A DNA stretch of 55,097 nucleotides, from NCBI GenBank assembly GCA_002633005.1, contig NMRA01000545.1, positions 36,654 through 91,750 of the forward strand, read 5' to 3'. Made by a program: the position numbers and the translations under genes. This DNA comes from Phoronis australis (lineage: Eukaryota > Animalia > Phoronida). The notes below the pieces were generated by a model. The model saw nothing but the letters and a program-made list of their open reading frames with translations, did no database searches and had not been told where the DNA came from. Positions 24,783-38,300 of the stretch are shown here, piece by piece. Within the stretch, counting starts at the first letter, position 1, and every line of letters begins with the position of its first letter.

Positions 24783-25962
24783 GTAAGTTTAGTTAGCAAT
24801 GAAAAGAACAACTTAGATTGATCTTGACGGCTTCAGTGTTTCATAGTATCATGAACAATCCAAGCTGACAATTTTTGATACAAATTCTCTGATAATAGTG
24901 AATATTTGTTGAATAATAAACGGGCACTTATCTCATTTGACTTCTCAACAGGATATTAAAATGCATTCATCAATGTTTAGCTACCAACAAAAGAAAAATA
25001 AATTGAGCCACTAATAAAAGCTGACAGAACCAGTCACATATTATTGTTCCTTCCCTTGATATGACTCGGATTACCATTACCAGCAAGAACATCACAACAA
25101 CCAGCGACTAAAGAAAATTTTCTTGTTAGTTGTGGTTGGTCAAACCAAAAATTGTGAATTCGAAAATGGCACAAGTACTCACTGTCTGATTTAAGCTGCT
25201 GGTTCGTTCTGCAATGTTGCAAAATCTGATAAGCGTAGTTAAGGTTTTAAACCACAAATTGTTTCCGTAAAGAATTCAACATTGACAGCTAAACAACAGT
25301 GAAGTCCCCTTATAATTGCTGATACTGGCTTCTGTAAGACTTAGTACGGTTTCAGTTTTCAAAAATTTTATAAATTAATGTATTTGTCAAAATGTGGTGA
25401 ATTTTCCAAGTAGATGCAGCTGTTAATCTTGTTTGTCTCAGTTTACAAAAAGTGGACAAAATTTGATCGCAGTACACCAGTTTTGGAAAGTATATGATGG
25501 TAGCCATGAGAAGAATTGGTGAAAAAAATCAATTTCTGAGGAGTTTGATAAAAGTAACGAAAAAGTGATGAATCTGTGTTCCTGTGGAGGATCATTGTAA
25601 ACACCCAGAATACTGTAATTTTTGTGATAAAATATTTTATAAATAGGTAATTCTTGAACCTGCATGGAAATGCATGTCGCCAACATTTTTACGTTTGCTC
25701 ATGTGAACGTGGGATCTGCTAACCATGCTTTACTCCACTGAGCCATTGGAACCACCACTTGAATACAGAATTCCAATCAGACCTAGTAGTATTTGTAGAC
25801 TTACGTTTATTAGGTCAAGTGATGTTGCCACAAGTGGCGTGCTGACCATATTTAAAATTGTTTGCGACATAGAAGATTTAAAAAATGATAAATATTTAGT
25901 GGTGGTTGAATTTTCATGTGCCTGGTCAAAACATCAATAGTTGATCAAATGCCTTGTTGCAG

Positions 25963-26239
25963 AAATTCATTATCGGGCGTGTCATTCTATAAATCTCATC
26001 ATGATGAACCAGAGGATAGCATTGTTGAGGAGGATGACGTCAGTTTGCCATATCAAACAGATAACAGCGCTAAGACAGACCTGACAGGTGCCTCATACGA
26101 TAGCACGCATTTCAACAGTACTACACCAGAGTTACAGGAGCAGAGTCCAAACCCTCTGTATAACCCTGCATTAAACGTGAACGTGATACAAAATGATATT
26201 GGTCGCGGACAGGGAGATGACCGAGCGAAGTTCATGTGA
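25963..26239 (+). CDS. TPRA1: TPRA1 last coding exon
   Basis: TTGCAG| NSLSGVSFYKSHHDE..DDVSLP...ASYDSTHFNS...AKFM*. Joined CDS is 1116 nt = 371 aa plus stop, with no internal stop. Confidence 0.9.
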
Positions 26240-27782
26240 AGGCTTGAAGCTTGAATGAATGCTGTCACTCATCGCACGTTTTATTGTGAGAATTTATGTC
26301 AAAGCTGTCCGTTGAACCTTGCCAAGCATATTGGTTGGAAGATTTTTTCTTATTGTTAGGTGTGGTGAAAGTTTCTTCAATTAAGGACCTCATGTGGTGA
26401 GACAGTGAACTATTTATTTATTGATATTTGAAAAATAAGAAAATTCTACTTCTTTTTAAGCACAGTAGTTTTATACAGCATCAAAAACCCACACGCAGTT
26501 TGAAGTGCTATGAAATTTTCAACTTATGAAAAACTACAATTTCAGTAATAATTGTTTTGTTAGTAATCAAGGAAACTTTGTCAAAGCATTTGTGGACATT
26601 CCTGGACATAGTCGCTGTACTGTTCTTGCCACATGGATGTGTTTTTAATCGTTTAGGTGAAATGGAGGAATTTGTAAGGTTTAGCTTTCACAATTAATGT
26701 GCAGTGCAGAACTTGCACTGAAACTGTGTCCAATCGGTCACTTAAACAACGCATTTTTTTAAGTTTACAACCTGTAACCGTTTGGACATGATTTAAATTA
26801 GTGTAACTTGACATGGGTTTGTCAACGTACCCCACTTCTTTGAAGTGGTGCAGCTTGCTGGTGATCACCTTGCTCCACTTCAAGTACCCATGTGGACGGT
26901 AACCCGGTGCCAGTCACTGCTTTTGCGCCATTTACAAACCTCACACCTGAATCGTTCTTCGCTTTTATTTTCATTACTCACTCGCAATGAGAAATAATAA
27001 CCAAAAACTTGAGGTGAATATCGCCAACTGTTATTTCCTTGAACATTTTGCAGTTGTGTTCCCAGTAATACTAAACGTACTAGATTGCCATGTAAAAAGG
27101 ATTTATACCGTATTCCACTCATGGGATTCACCCGCGGATGATCGGGTGCAAGTTGTCCCATTTGCTTAAGTGTTCATTTGGGCACAACTTAAGGCAGCTC
27201 TTGGTTAGCTCGTTAGATTAGAGGTGTGTTGCTTTCAATGGTTGGACCAGTTGAATAAATTTTCCTAACTTGTGGTCAGGAAGGAACATTGCCTTCAAAT
27301 TACAGGAGGCATTAGGTTAATATACTGTTCCTTGTAGGGTATTAGTGAATTGAAAACACCACCAACTGGTATGGTGCGGAATTATGATTTTTGGTCTGTA
27401 GTCTCCAATACTGGAGGTCACCAAATTTGTGCTAATGTGGGAAATAGTGAAAGTCATTTTTAGAAGAGACTAAGGACAGTGCTTTTAATAATAATTTGTG
27501 ATTTTATTGTTATCTATTTATTCTGTAAAATGCACTGTCTCAGTAACTAATTTGTTGTTGCTTTGGGCAAGGTGTCCCAAAACCATAAGGCACTCATGGT
27601 AGATTCATTGTCTTAATGTTTTATCACTTCACCATACAAGTTGTATGAAACCAATGAAAGTGTGACCCTTTTCCGGCACCATGTGCAGTTAAATGGTCTT
27701 GGTTATTAAGCGCCTGTGAGGCCTTGAAAGTGCCAAGCTTGTTCTGTTCTCTCTGTTTGAAGTTATTGTTTTAAAGTCTATA

Positions 27783-27788
27783 AATAAA
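27783..27788 (+). promoter_or_regulatory. Candidate polyadenylation signal of TPRA1
   Basis: AATAAA followed by a T/GT-rich tract, ~1.5 kb after the stop; an alternative AATAAA lies near 27255. Confidence 0.4.
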
Positions 27789-30144
27789 GGAAAATAAGTT
27801 GTTCTCTTACCAACTGAAGGTCTAGTTTCTGTTTTGGTCTAGACCTTGCGAAGTACACTTGGAAGGAGGTCATGTGTTAGCCTTGGTACATAGGTCAGGC
27901 TGTAAAATGGACAGCAGACAAATTTTAACGAAAATTTGAAGAAAGGTCAAATGTTAAAATGCAAATCAAACTGAAGAACATATTTTTTATGTGTTCACAC
28001 TATACTCTTCCTAATAGACCCCCTTTGGGGTTTCCAATCGTAGCCGACAAGAGGGGGCAAAATCGACATCATGTTATTGCATAACGTTACCTGAGGCTTG
28101 TAGCGCTGAATGTGGAAAACCATCATGTATAAACCTATGTCTGTAGAATTCCCACTTTCCTGAACACTAGAGGTTGATATCGTGACGCCATGCCGTAAGT
28201 GGGACAAAACTTTTTAACTTGGTCAAACGTGTTTAAGAAGGCCAATCACTTACAAGGGACGGGGAGAACCAGTATTCTGTAGTGAATAAGGGGCGTACAA
28301 ACTGTTTCCCAATATTTGGGCCCACTATTGCATGAGGGAACTGCGATTCTTTGTCAGATGTCTGTGCTTCAACATGACACGCTACTTTTGCTGTTTTAAT
28401 CTCATGTTGTCAAACAACAGCTTAGTTCAGGTCACTTTTCACTGTAAAACTGGTCTCTACTTGATCCATACTAGATGAGAAGGGATTTCGAGACTTCGAA
28501 GCACTAGCAACTCCACTATTGGCGAATTTAATAACTTCAGCCATGACAAGCCTACTGGTGGAGCCAGTCTCTTGCAACAGTGAACTCGGGGGCCGTACGA
28601 TCTGAGTGCCCCACAAGTCGTTCCATTACGTGGAGGTAAACATTAGTTAACGTCGAACGATTAAAGTTAAGGGCGCAAATGCTGGACTGCTTCCTAACAC
28701 AGTCTCGGATTTTGCTGGTTTGGGCACATGTCTTGATGCTTTGATGTTTTGCAAAACGTTACTTTCGTGGTTTCCTTAACCACTGAGAGTTGGAATTTTC
28801 ACATTCTTCAACGCATCTACAATTGAGAATATGACACCAGATTTCAGATGGCAAAAGGGAAATTGGCGGGTACTCTTCCAAGGGGTTACCCTTAGTGTGA
28901 AAGGCTATTGATTCCAATGTCGGAAGCCGCCTCAAGAAAACGGGAGACCTTTAAGCCCAACGAAATTGAAAACATGACGCATTAAGTGGTTCTGAACATC
29001 ATACTACCCTTTCAAGAGGGTTCCGCAAAATACGAAAGGGTTTATATAGTTTCGGAGGAAATTAGATGCATTCAGTATTGTAGACCTCTGGAACTTTCCG
29101 TAACGGGAGTCAGTATAAATTTATAACTTCAAAAATGGAAAAAGAGCTACGGTTCAGTGATACCTTATCGTTTCTTTCTAGAAAGGTGTCCCTGGAGAAA
29201 CTGATGTTTGCATTGTCTTAAATTGTTTTATCAAATATTGCTTTGGAAAATCTGTACGGCGTTGAGTTTTCTTGAACTTCTCAGAATTGTTCATTTTCAA
29301 ATTTCTTCTGGACGATTACAAGTTGGAAATACTGTCAGATTTTTTTCAAACTTGAGCCCCGATTGCACCGCCCAGGACAACCCCAGAGAGTAAACCCAGG
29401 ACCAATAATTGACCATTTTTTCGTTTATATGCAGCAGTTTTCTTCGCTGTGCAACTTCAAAACAACATTTTGCCTCTCTGCCTCGATCTCTGCATCTCTC
29501 TATCTTTCTGCTCCACTGGGAGTTGAACCACCGGTCTTCAGATTGCTGGTATTGTTCTGTATCCACTGAGGACTCGATATCTGTGGAATTACTTTTTGCA
29601 CCCATCTGTTGTGTCATACATCCTACGAGCGATGCTTTGCACGACTGATTATGAAGCATCTTAGAAGAACACTAGTCTAGCAATCTAGGGACCTGTGGTT
29701 GGGGTTCCTAATTTTTTTGAGTTTATTTGATATATTTCACTATTGGCCAAACTAAGCGTACATATATCACTTTTATATGTTACTTTTTTCCCATAGTATC
29801 ACAAGAATAGCATTTCTTTTAAAGATCGTCACTAGGAGTTGCTTGTAAGAAATTTGCACATTTTGAACAGACTGCCGGGGCTACGATTTGTGATGACTGT
29901 GTTCATGTACTCGCAATCATAAACAGGTTTCAGCGTTTTTTGGAGTTCAAGTTTAACTCGTAAGCCGTTATAGGTACCTCTGAAATGAGCAAAAATACAT
30001 TTCAATACCAATGGCTACCCGTCAAAAATCTACAAGCGTGCCTGCGAAATTGCTGATTCCGTTTTGAGAAACAAGTTCGTTGGTTTCTAATTTACGTATT
30101 TATGTTTGGACATATTCATACATCATTTTTGCCAATTAAAAATT

Positions 30145-30785
30145 AATCTTGTAAGAAATGATAATGTTTCAGTGAATTCAGTTGCAGGCTGGTTGGAAAA
30201 ACTCTATAATCCGCTCCCCAAATAGTGAAGTGCAATTAAACGATTTTTGCCTTTATCTAAAATAACTCTCAAAGACATTGATGAATTTTAAACATTCCCC
30301 GAAAATATACTCACAATTCAAATGACAAAAAGTGTATTGATTTTTGAATTAGGTACAAGATTTGTCATTTAAACTTATAAACAGGAGGTCAAAAAAGAAT
30401 TAAGTCATTAAATCAAGGTAAACGCATTGCTCTTGGAATCGATTGTTTATTTCTGATTTTACATGTTTATGTATCTCGAAAATTGACTGATTGATAGAGG
30501 ATTTTTTGATAATTAGAAGCTAATCTTGTAAGAATTGGCGATGCTTCAATGAACTTAGTTGCAAGCTGACATTGGGAAATTTCGATATATCATCAGATCT
30601 CCAAATAGTAAAGTACACTAAACGATTTTTGTCTATTTGAAATAAGTCTCAAGAATTCTGATAAATGTCGGACAGCTCTACAAAGGGTACCAAAATGTTC
30701 TCACAATAAATTTTTACTAACTTAGGGTCTAGATTCGTGGTTAAACTGCACAAACTGTAGATCGAAAAAGAAGTTTAAGTCCTTA
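30145..30785. repeat. Diverged direct duplication (~265-bp copies about 377 bp apart)
   Basis: AATCTTGTAAGAA...GTTGCA.GCTG...CCAAATAGT.AAGT.CA..AAACGATTTTTG...AAAAAGAA.TTAAGTC.TTAA at 30145-30410 and again at 30522-30785. Confidence 0.7.
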
Positions 30786-32637
30786 ATATATAAATAAAAT
30801 TACACTCATTGCTTATTAACTTGAAAAGGTCGTCTTTGCACTTCCTTGATGTTTTTAATTTCCAGTGGTATTGCGCATTTAATTTTTGTTCTTCAAGATT
30901 GAATCGTTGGCTTCTCATTCCTTTGCGTACTACATAGACGAAGCGCGTCAATAAAAATAAGGTATTACCTTGTAGTAGGCCAGCACAAAATCCGAGTGAT
31001 CCACAGGTGAGGAATCGAATTTGAACTCCAAGTGAGTGTTGAAGCGTGTGCATTTTTGGACACACTCTGTATCATTTTCCCTAGCCACCACAAATTAGAT
31101 TGACGGCCGTGTTTCAACAAGGGCTTTTGAAGCAGCCCCTCGGGACTTCACCTTTTCAAAAAAAATTCCTTCATAGAATGACCGTAATAAAACGAACTTT
31201 TCCCACAACTGGATCATAATAAAATCAATCTTGACCTTAAAGCCAACGCTGACTTATAGGTACGAACTAAGCTGCCTTTATGAAGTGAATCATAGCCGAG
31301 CTTTAGTTCACTGAATTTAGTATTTTCACGGTTAGGTCTGACCTACAGTTCCATGTACTTGAGGCATCTCCAAGCAACCCGTCACGTGCTCTGGTCTCAA
31401 GCCCATTCTTATTCTAAGTAAAACTTTGTTGGTTCACGGGTTACTCAAATCCTGATGGCTGCTTGCCAGGATTGCCCCCCGCCCCACCTTTGGCGGACGA
31501 AGTGGTGGCAATAGGAGGGGGGGGGGGATAGTTTGCAGAAGTCCTTAACTTGGGCGTGTTGCACGAAAAGATCCCTAATTGTTTTCCATAATATTGACAA
31601 TTCAACCTAGAGTTCACCATCGATTTGTATCAAAGTAAAAAATTGACTTAGCAATGAAACTAAAATAATACTGATAAGAAAGGGCAATCGTTGTTTTCAC
31701 AAGTCCAAAAATACGCCTTAGGTTTTAGGAACTTAGTTGAGTCCCTATTCGGGACTGTTTCATGCAACCGGGCACTGTATCCTCTTGCATAGCTATTGCT
31801 GTAATACTTGTTGGTGAAACATGTCCCACGACCTGAATCTGATACATGTGTAACTGTTCTCTGAGAACTGCATTTATAACTTAGTGGAGGTGGCGTGAAC
31901 CAAATAAACATATATTTGTAAAGCTAATGAAAACGTTGCAGCCTATTGCTCTGATTAATCTAATGGAATATTGTATTTCAGGCCACTGCCCTCAAGGAAA
32001 ACCTTCTCAGCCTTATCCTGTAAATATTAGGTAACATGTGGGCAAGGCCTTAACTGTTGAAATAAATAGATGATGGGTGGATATATGTGTAACCAATTTT
32101 GCACTGACTAAATTTCCTTATGAAATAATATTAAATCTACACTGGATATGCACCTATATATGAAGTTGCGTCTATATCCTAATGAGATGCATGTATCCCT
32201 TCACATGCGAAACCCTCAAGCAATTTTTTTGAAATAGCATTATTTCGGATATTAGTCCATGGGCCTAAAAAAGCATATATAAATAGTCCATCAAACCTAG
32301 TAATAGTTTTAAATATTGCTGAAATATAGTCAAACTTGGTTTGCTGGTAAAGACAATCATGTGTAGGTGTTCACTGAATAAAAAAAACAGCTAGGAATCA
32401 TTCTACAGAACACTAGACAATTTTGAAATATCAGTTTGAACCCAAACAGAAAACATCACCAATTATCACTGGGAAGAAACTCTACCCATTAACTACATAG
32501 TATAAGCGATACAGTTTACTAAATAATACTAATAATAATGAACATCCGCAATAGCAATCAGCAGAGTGTGCAATTTATAATACTAAAATCTAAAATAAGT
32601 TAGAAAATGTAAGTGAATACTATCTATTATAGCAGGT

Positions 32638-34977
32638 CTACTTGTTCAGAGACTGCAACATGTTTAGAGTATGTAGATTCTGTTCTAGGCTTACAAGTGA
32701 CTGTGCGTCCAATGATTCAGAATCATCACTAACACCCATGGTGATGGGCACATCACCCTGAGTCATGTCCTTCGTCAAATTATGCTCGAGATTCAGTCCA
32801 CCTACATCACTGCCAAAGTCTGACCGAGTCATATAAAAGTTGCCATCAGCAGCTCCTTTGTTCATCTGGCCAACACCAGCACTGGCAGATCCTAATTTTA
32901 AGCTTGATTGTGAGTTGGGTTCAAACGTATTTTGTCCTGAAAAGCTTGCTGCAGTGACTCCCCCTGTTGGTTGCACAGAACACGCTGCGACATCATCACC
33001 AATATTACACCCAGAATCCTCTTTGATGTCTCTTGAGAGATCCATGTCTTCTTCATCATTTGAGTCAACCGTGTAGTCACCCGGTTTGCCATCTGGGTAA
33101 TGAGTCTTCATGAACGCAGCCACATTCTGTTTCAAGTCCTGGAGTGACATCTGTTGGAGTGCGTTCAGGTGACCGCGAGTTGTGTCACTGCTTCCATTAT
33201 TGGATAATTCTGCCGCATGTTTCATTTTCATATGCAAATTCAACTTATACTGGCTAGCATGGCGCTGGCTGCAGAACTCACAATAGTATGGCTTCATATG
33301 TGCATTCAAATGCTTTCGCAAGCCATGCGAATCGAGGAAAGTTTTGTCGCACAGTTCGCACTTGTACGGGCGAACGCCACTGTGAATCTTCATGTGTTGG
33401 TTGAGGTGACCTAAACGAGCAAAAGATTTGCCGCAAGTCTCGCACTGATGTGGCCGCACGTCGGAGTGAGACAACTGATGAAGTTCGAGATAACGCTGAG
33501 ATATGAAGCCCTTACCACAGTCGTCACATGTGAATGGCTTGGATTCGTTGTGCAGCTTTTGATGTTCGCGTACATTCCACAGAGAAGTAAACGCCTTTCC
33601 ACATACTTCACAAGGGTACCTCACATCTGAATGAATCAGTCTATGCCGTATAAGATACTGCTTCTTGGAAAATGTCTTCCCACAAGTTTCACACTCAAAC
33701 TTGCGTTCACTGTCTGAGTGTGTAGCATAATGCTCATCTATTTCATCTTTTGATGAAAACTCCTGGTAGCAGACGCTGCATTTGAATGTATTCACCTCTC
33801 TGTGGCTGTGCATATGCATACTCAAAGCAAACTTGGAGGCAAATTCCCGTCCGCACTCAGCACATGAACATTTTTCTCCAGCGCAATGCATCTGCTGGTG
33901 AGATACCAGGTGTTGTTTCATGCGGAACTTTCTGGGACAGCTGTCACACGAAAACCACGTCTCATCAGCATGGAATGCCTCCACGTGCGAACGCATGCTG
34001 TTATGTGCTAGCACCTTCTCACAGAACTCACATTTTTCCTTGTCTTTGTGAATGAACCGATGTTTGCGTAATGTCTTCTTTTGTTTGAAGCCTTTCCCGC
34101 AGATGTCACACACGTGAGGGCGTTCATCTGAATGAATAGCCAGGTGGGCTGCTAATTTCCTCGCACTTGACAAAGTCTTGTTACAGACATGGCACATCTG
34201 TGCCTCCTTAGCATGACTGCGTTTGTGTCGGTTCAATTCCTCGTGCGAAGAGCAGACCTTACCGCAAGTACTACAAACACAGGAAACTTTGGCTTCATGA
34301 GTTCGACGCATGTGTTTTTTTAAGTACTTCTGTTCCTGAAACTGTTTGTTACAAATAGTGCAAGTTATTGCTTTTGAATCTGAGTGTGAAACGAGTCGAT
34401 GCCTATCCAGAGACGACCGCCGCTTAAAAACCTTTTTGCAGATCTCGCAAATATGAAAACGTTTCACAAACACGTTTTTCCGTCTATCATCAACATTGCC
34501 AGCATCATCCTCGAGTTTTTCACGTTGCACTCCTTCATCACTGCTGTTATCCTCTGGAGAAAAACCTACATCTAAGTTCTCATTACACCCACCGTTGTGA
34601 CCTTGCCCTTTTACGGGAATTCCGTCCACATCACCATCACATATTCCAGTGTTCCTGGGAACAGGTTTATGCACATACGTGCTATGCTCATATGGAGTGA
34701 ATTTGTCAAGGTTTGCTAAACAAAACATACACTGATCTGTGTCCAGTAAAGCTCGCTTCAACATATCTATCTCACGCTGCAGAAAAAGCTGTTCATGATT
34801 CGGACACATGTGCAGCAGACGACGCCTGAGATCTTCAACAGCTGCTCGTAGCAACTCATTGTCGGCCATCTTGGAGTCGTGGTTGACACTCATTGGCCGG
34901 TCACTGGGTCGCGTATGCAGAAAGTCAATGATTTTATCGAGCTTTTTCTCCTGAGTGTTGCGATTGTCTCCTTCCAT
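32638..34977 (-). CDS. C2H2 zinc-finger protein, 15 tandem fingers, 779 aa in one exon (no KRAB/SCAN/BTB/ZAD domain recognised)
   Basis: Uninterrupted 2340-nt ORF with 15 CxxC-x11/12-H-x3/4-H units and ERPH/VRPY/SKPF linkers. A splice acceptor TTTCTTCTAG sits 10 nt upstream of the ATG (exon starts 34987), so an upstream exon exists. Confidence 0.93.
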   Translation of the reverse strand: MEGDNRNTQEKKLDKIIDFLHTRPSDRPMSVNHDSKMADNELLRAAVEDLRRRLLHMCPNHEQLFLQREIDMLKRALLDTDQCMFCLANLDKFTPYEHSTYVHKPVPRNTGICDGDVDGIPVKGQGHNGGCNENLDVGFSPEDNSSDEGVQREKLEDDAGNVDDRRKNVFVKRFHICEICKKVFKRRSSLDRHRLVSHSDSKAITCTICNKQFQEQKYLKKHMRRTHEAKVSCVCSTCGKVCSSHEELNRHKRSHAKEAQMCHVCNKTLSSARKLAAHLAIHSDERPHVCDICGKGFKQKKTLRKHRFIHKDKEKCEFCEKVLAHNSMRSHVEAFHADETWFSCDSCPRKFRMKQHLVSHQQMHCAGEKCSCAECGREFASKFALSMHMHSHREVNTFKCSVCYQEFSSKDEIDEHYATHSDSERKFECETCGKTFSKKQYLIRHRLIHSDVRYPCEVCGKAFTSLWNVREHQKLHNESKPFTCDDCGKGFISQRYLELHQLSHSDVRPHQCETCGKSFARLGHLNQHMKIHSGVRPYKCELCDKTFLDSHGLRKHLNAHMKPYYCEFCSQRHASQYKLNLHMKMKHAAELSNNGSSDTTRGHLNALQQMSLQDLKQNVAAFMKTHYPDGKPGDYTVDSNDEEDMDLSRDIKEDSGCNIGDDVAACSVQPTGGVTAASFSGQNTFEPNSQSSLKLGSASAGVGQMNKGAADGNFYMTRSDFGSDVGGLNLEHNLTKDMTQGDVPITMGVSDDSESLDAQSLVSLEQNLHTLNMLQSLNK

Positions 34978-35067
34978 TTTCAGTGTCCTAGAAGAAACAA
35001 AACAGGTCTGAATTCGATGTTCTCCCTACATGCGTTCAAACATGGCCCTGCACCATGTTTGTAAATT

Positions 35068-35322
35068 TTGAGCCATGTTTGAAGAGCTCTGAGCTATGTT
35101 TGATGAGCTCTGAGCCATGTTTGTTTGAAGAGCTCTGAGCCATGTTTGAAGAGCTCTAAGCCATGTTTGAAAAGCTCTGAGCAACGTTTGAAACATTCTG
35201 AGCCATGTTTGAAAAGCTCTGAGCGATGCTTGAAAAGGTCTAAGCCATGTTTGCAACATTCTGAGCCATGTTTGAAAATCCCTGAGCGACGTTTGAAAAG
35301 ATCTGAGCCACGTTTAAAATCG
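35068..35322. repeat. 21-bp minisatellite (GAGCCATGTTTGAAGAGCTCT)n, ~12 copies
   Basis: Directly visible tandem array ~80 bp upstream (on -) of the zinc-finger exon acceptor. Confidence 0.9.
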
Positions 35323-38300
35323 TGAACAAAGTTGAAAATGATGACTTTCGTCTGCTTTACAAGAGGATTTAAATAGTGTTACACAGAGGTACTTAAGCAT
35401 CTAAACAACAGTCTTATAGCCCTGCCTTCCGTCAAAAGTACAATTTTTTGATGAACACCAATTACTGCTACAAAATTGGTCTAAAATTGTTCTTCGGTAA
35501 AATTAGAGATGATTCCATTGTGTACTGTATGTCGCTTTGTGATATAACCTCATTTAAATACTTTTGCATGTCTCAAATCTCGATATAATAACCATTGGTA
35601 AGAGCGTGTACGTTGCACAACATACATTTACTGGAAAATAATGTGTCCGATCACAATTGCATCTAAGCCATTTATGACACTAAAAACTAATAATGATACC
35701 AGTAAATAGTTTTTTCAAGTCCTCTCCATTACGACCATTTTGCATTTTTGTGGAATAAATGTTATTTTGTTACGTCAAAAACTTCAATTGTTGCAAATTT
35801 TTGTAAATCATAAAAATTCAGTGTCTTGACAATGCAGAACAAATTTCTGAATTTAGTTTTTCTTTGAAAATTGTTTTCATTTCTCTATGGTTCATTTAAT
35901 GAAGAATTACCGTGCTTTACAACATCTCACATACCCTGGTTTTTTGGCCAAATTTTGGCTCCGTTCCCCTTTAATATTTCAAAATCATAAATTCCCCTTG
36001 GTCAGGCCAAACTTTTCCTCCAACGACTATAAAAATTACCCTCATGTTTAGAATCATTTTTAACTCACACTGTCAATCAAATTGGAGGGGGGGGGGGGTT
36101 CCCCTCACCTGAAAAATACACCACTCAGAAGGCACAATGTAACTCTCTTCTCAGGTGAGCACGAGCCCTGTCTCAGAAAGGTGTTCATTGATGACACATG
36201 TGAGGTACGCCCAATACAACATTATCTCAAATTTCAAGATTTGGTTATAACTATAGCCTCATTGCCAATAATCTCAAACCTCAAAAAATTAGTGTAAAAT
36301 CAAGCAATCCAAGATTAAATTAACTTCAAGGCACATTTTATCACAAAATAGTTATCAATGATGAATTGGGATTTAAAAAACATTCCAATGTTAACTTATT
36401 GCCAAATAAGCCAGCAACTTAAGTCGCAGGCAAAGCATAGACGCACCATTTTTGAATTCTGCAATTAGGTTTGGCCAACGACAATAAACTCTGAGGTACT
36501 TTCTTTGGTCACTGATGGCTTTGGTGATCTTGTTAGTAATGTGAATAGTAAGGATTATTATTATGAGAACAATTTTATCGAAGCAAAGTGCCTAATTCGA
36601 TTTTTGTTTTTAGCCAGCTAAACAGGCGATATGCAGTTTAAGCAAGGCTGAGTGCTTATAAAGCATAACGTCACCAAATGCCACCTAGCAACATTCCCAC
36701 TCCAAGTCACCAAACTGTAAGTGAGGTCACCAAAACAAGGAAACCCAATTGAGGTCTTGCGAAAGTCCTTGCCGCTATAAACGACAGAATTCTAAAAAAG
36801 TATTTTGAAGTTGACAAAGGCTTTTCTAAATTTTTTAGTCAATGTCCAACAGAAGATTAAGAGTACCTTGCGTTTTCGGTTAAAACCACAGTCCCCCTCG
36901 GATCCAATGTACCACAGTGACTTAAGACAGATCAAGCACACGATCCGCAAACTTTAACTTGTGCATGATTCTGAACTGCAACCTTCCAATTTTTGCCAAA
37001 AGATTCTGAGTCCATGCATCTATTTACTTCCTCTTGATTGCATGCCCAGATGTCTATGTGGCGACTTGGTAGACTTACGGATTTCACCAAGTAGCCAAAT
37101 AAAATTTGAATGGTGAACCAAAGGTCACCAAATCGACCCTTGTTCAATTAATGAGCTTGAAAATAATATTCAAATTTCAAACTAACACCGTGTAAATTGA
37201 AGACAGGATTGATTTTTTTCAGAAAATCAGACATCATGATTATTTATCATTGATTCATCAAAGCTATGCCAACAAATCTGTTGCATATACAGCCATTCTT
37301 TATTTCAAACAAAAATTATTGCCAAAACTGTCATTTTTACATTTGCAACAGGTGATTGTTGTTAGAAATAATGGAAATTTTGTTCAGATGTCTTCAGACA
37401 AAAAATCCTGATAGTAATTTACTTCCATTTTCCTTATTTTGGTAGAGAATTTTGATAAAACAATTTTACTAAATGACCATATCCGGCATATCGTGTGCTA
37501 CATATGTGAAGAGTTGAAGTTATTTATTTCATCTTTAGCAGACAACTTGTTGGTATCACATTAAATTGATCTGATGTCAACCTGCCTCTTGGGTAAACAC
37601 ATTCCTGAATATATAGTAGACAGTGTACTGAAGTCACAACCAGGCCTCTCATATGACAGATGTTCTTTTCAGTCAGTTCGTAAGTTTTCCGAGGCAGATG
37701 TTGGATTGGGCATTGAACAGTTGAGCATTATAAATCATGATGGATTTGTATATCATTTGTCCAAAATAACTCTGACATTAAATTCCAAGGCCAAGCTCTG
37801 AAACCTAAGAAGTCACCGCCTTAGTGCAAATACCAGGCATTCGACGACCCTGGATCAGCCAATCATGATGCAGCTGGTGCAGAAATTTTGCAAGTCTTTG
37901 TAATCGAGAATATCCATTCCACCATAACCCCCTACATTTTAGAGAGACACCTTCAATCTAGTAGAAACCAACGAAACGCACTAAATCGATGCTGTGGAGG
38001 TTAAATTGAAACAAAAAAAGAGTTTGGTAACAAACCTGAGATAAACGTAGGCATACTTTAGTGAAACAAGCGGTGACCTTTCTTTTCCTAGATCGGCTTC
38101 CTGGGAATTGTGTAGTTTATTTTAACTTCAGTTCAGGAGAGCCAAATTTTTGGACAGACATAAAAGGTTGAAAATTGAATTAAAAACTCTGTAAATTAGC
38201 ATGTGAACCTTGCACAGTATAAATGATTGCCTTACTGAATAAAGGGGGCAACTATGATGAACATCAAGTTAACTGGTTGGAAACATTTCTCAGAGAATGA

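Noticed and set aside
32840-34055. Short ORFs overlapping the zinc-finger CDS on either strand
   Set aside because: Shadow frames of a real coding sequence.
35026-35325. ORFs 35026-35259 (-) and 35125-35325 (+) as proteins
   Set aside because: They are by-products of a 21-bp tandem repeat with no supporting gene structure.
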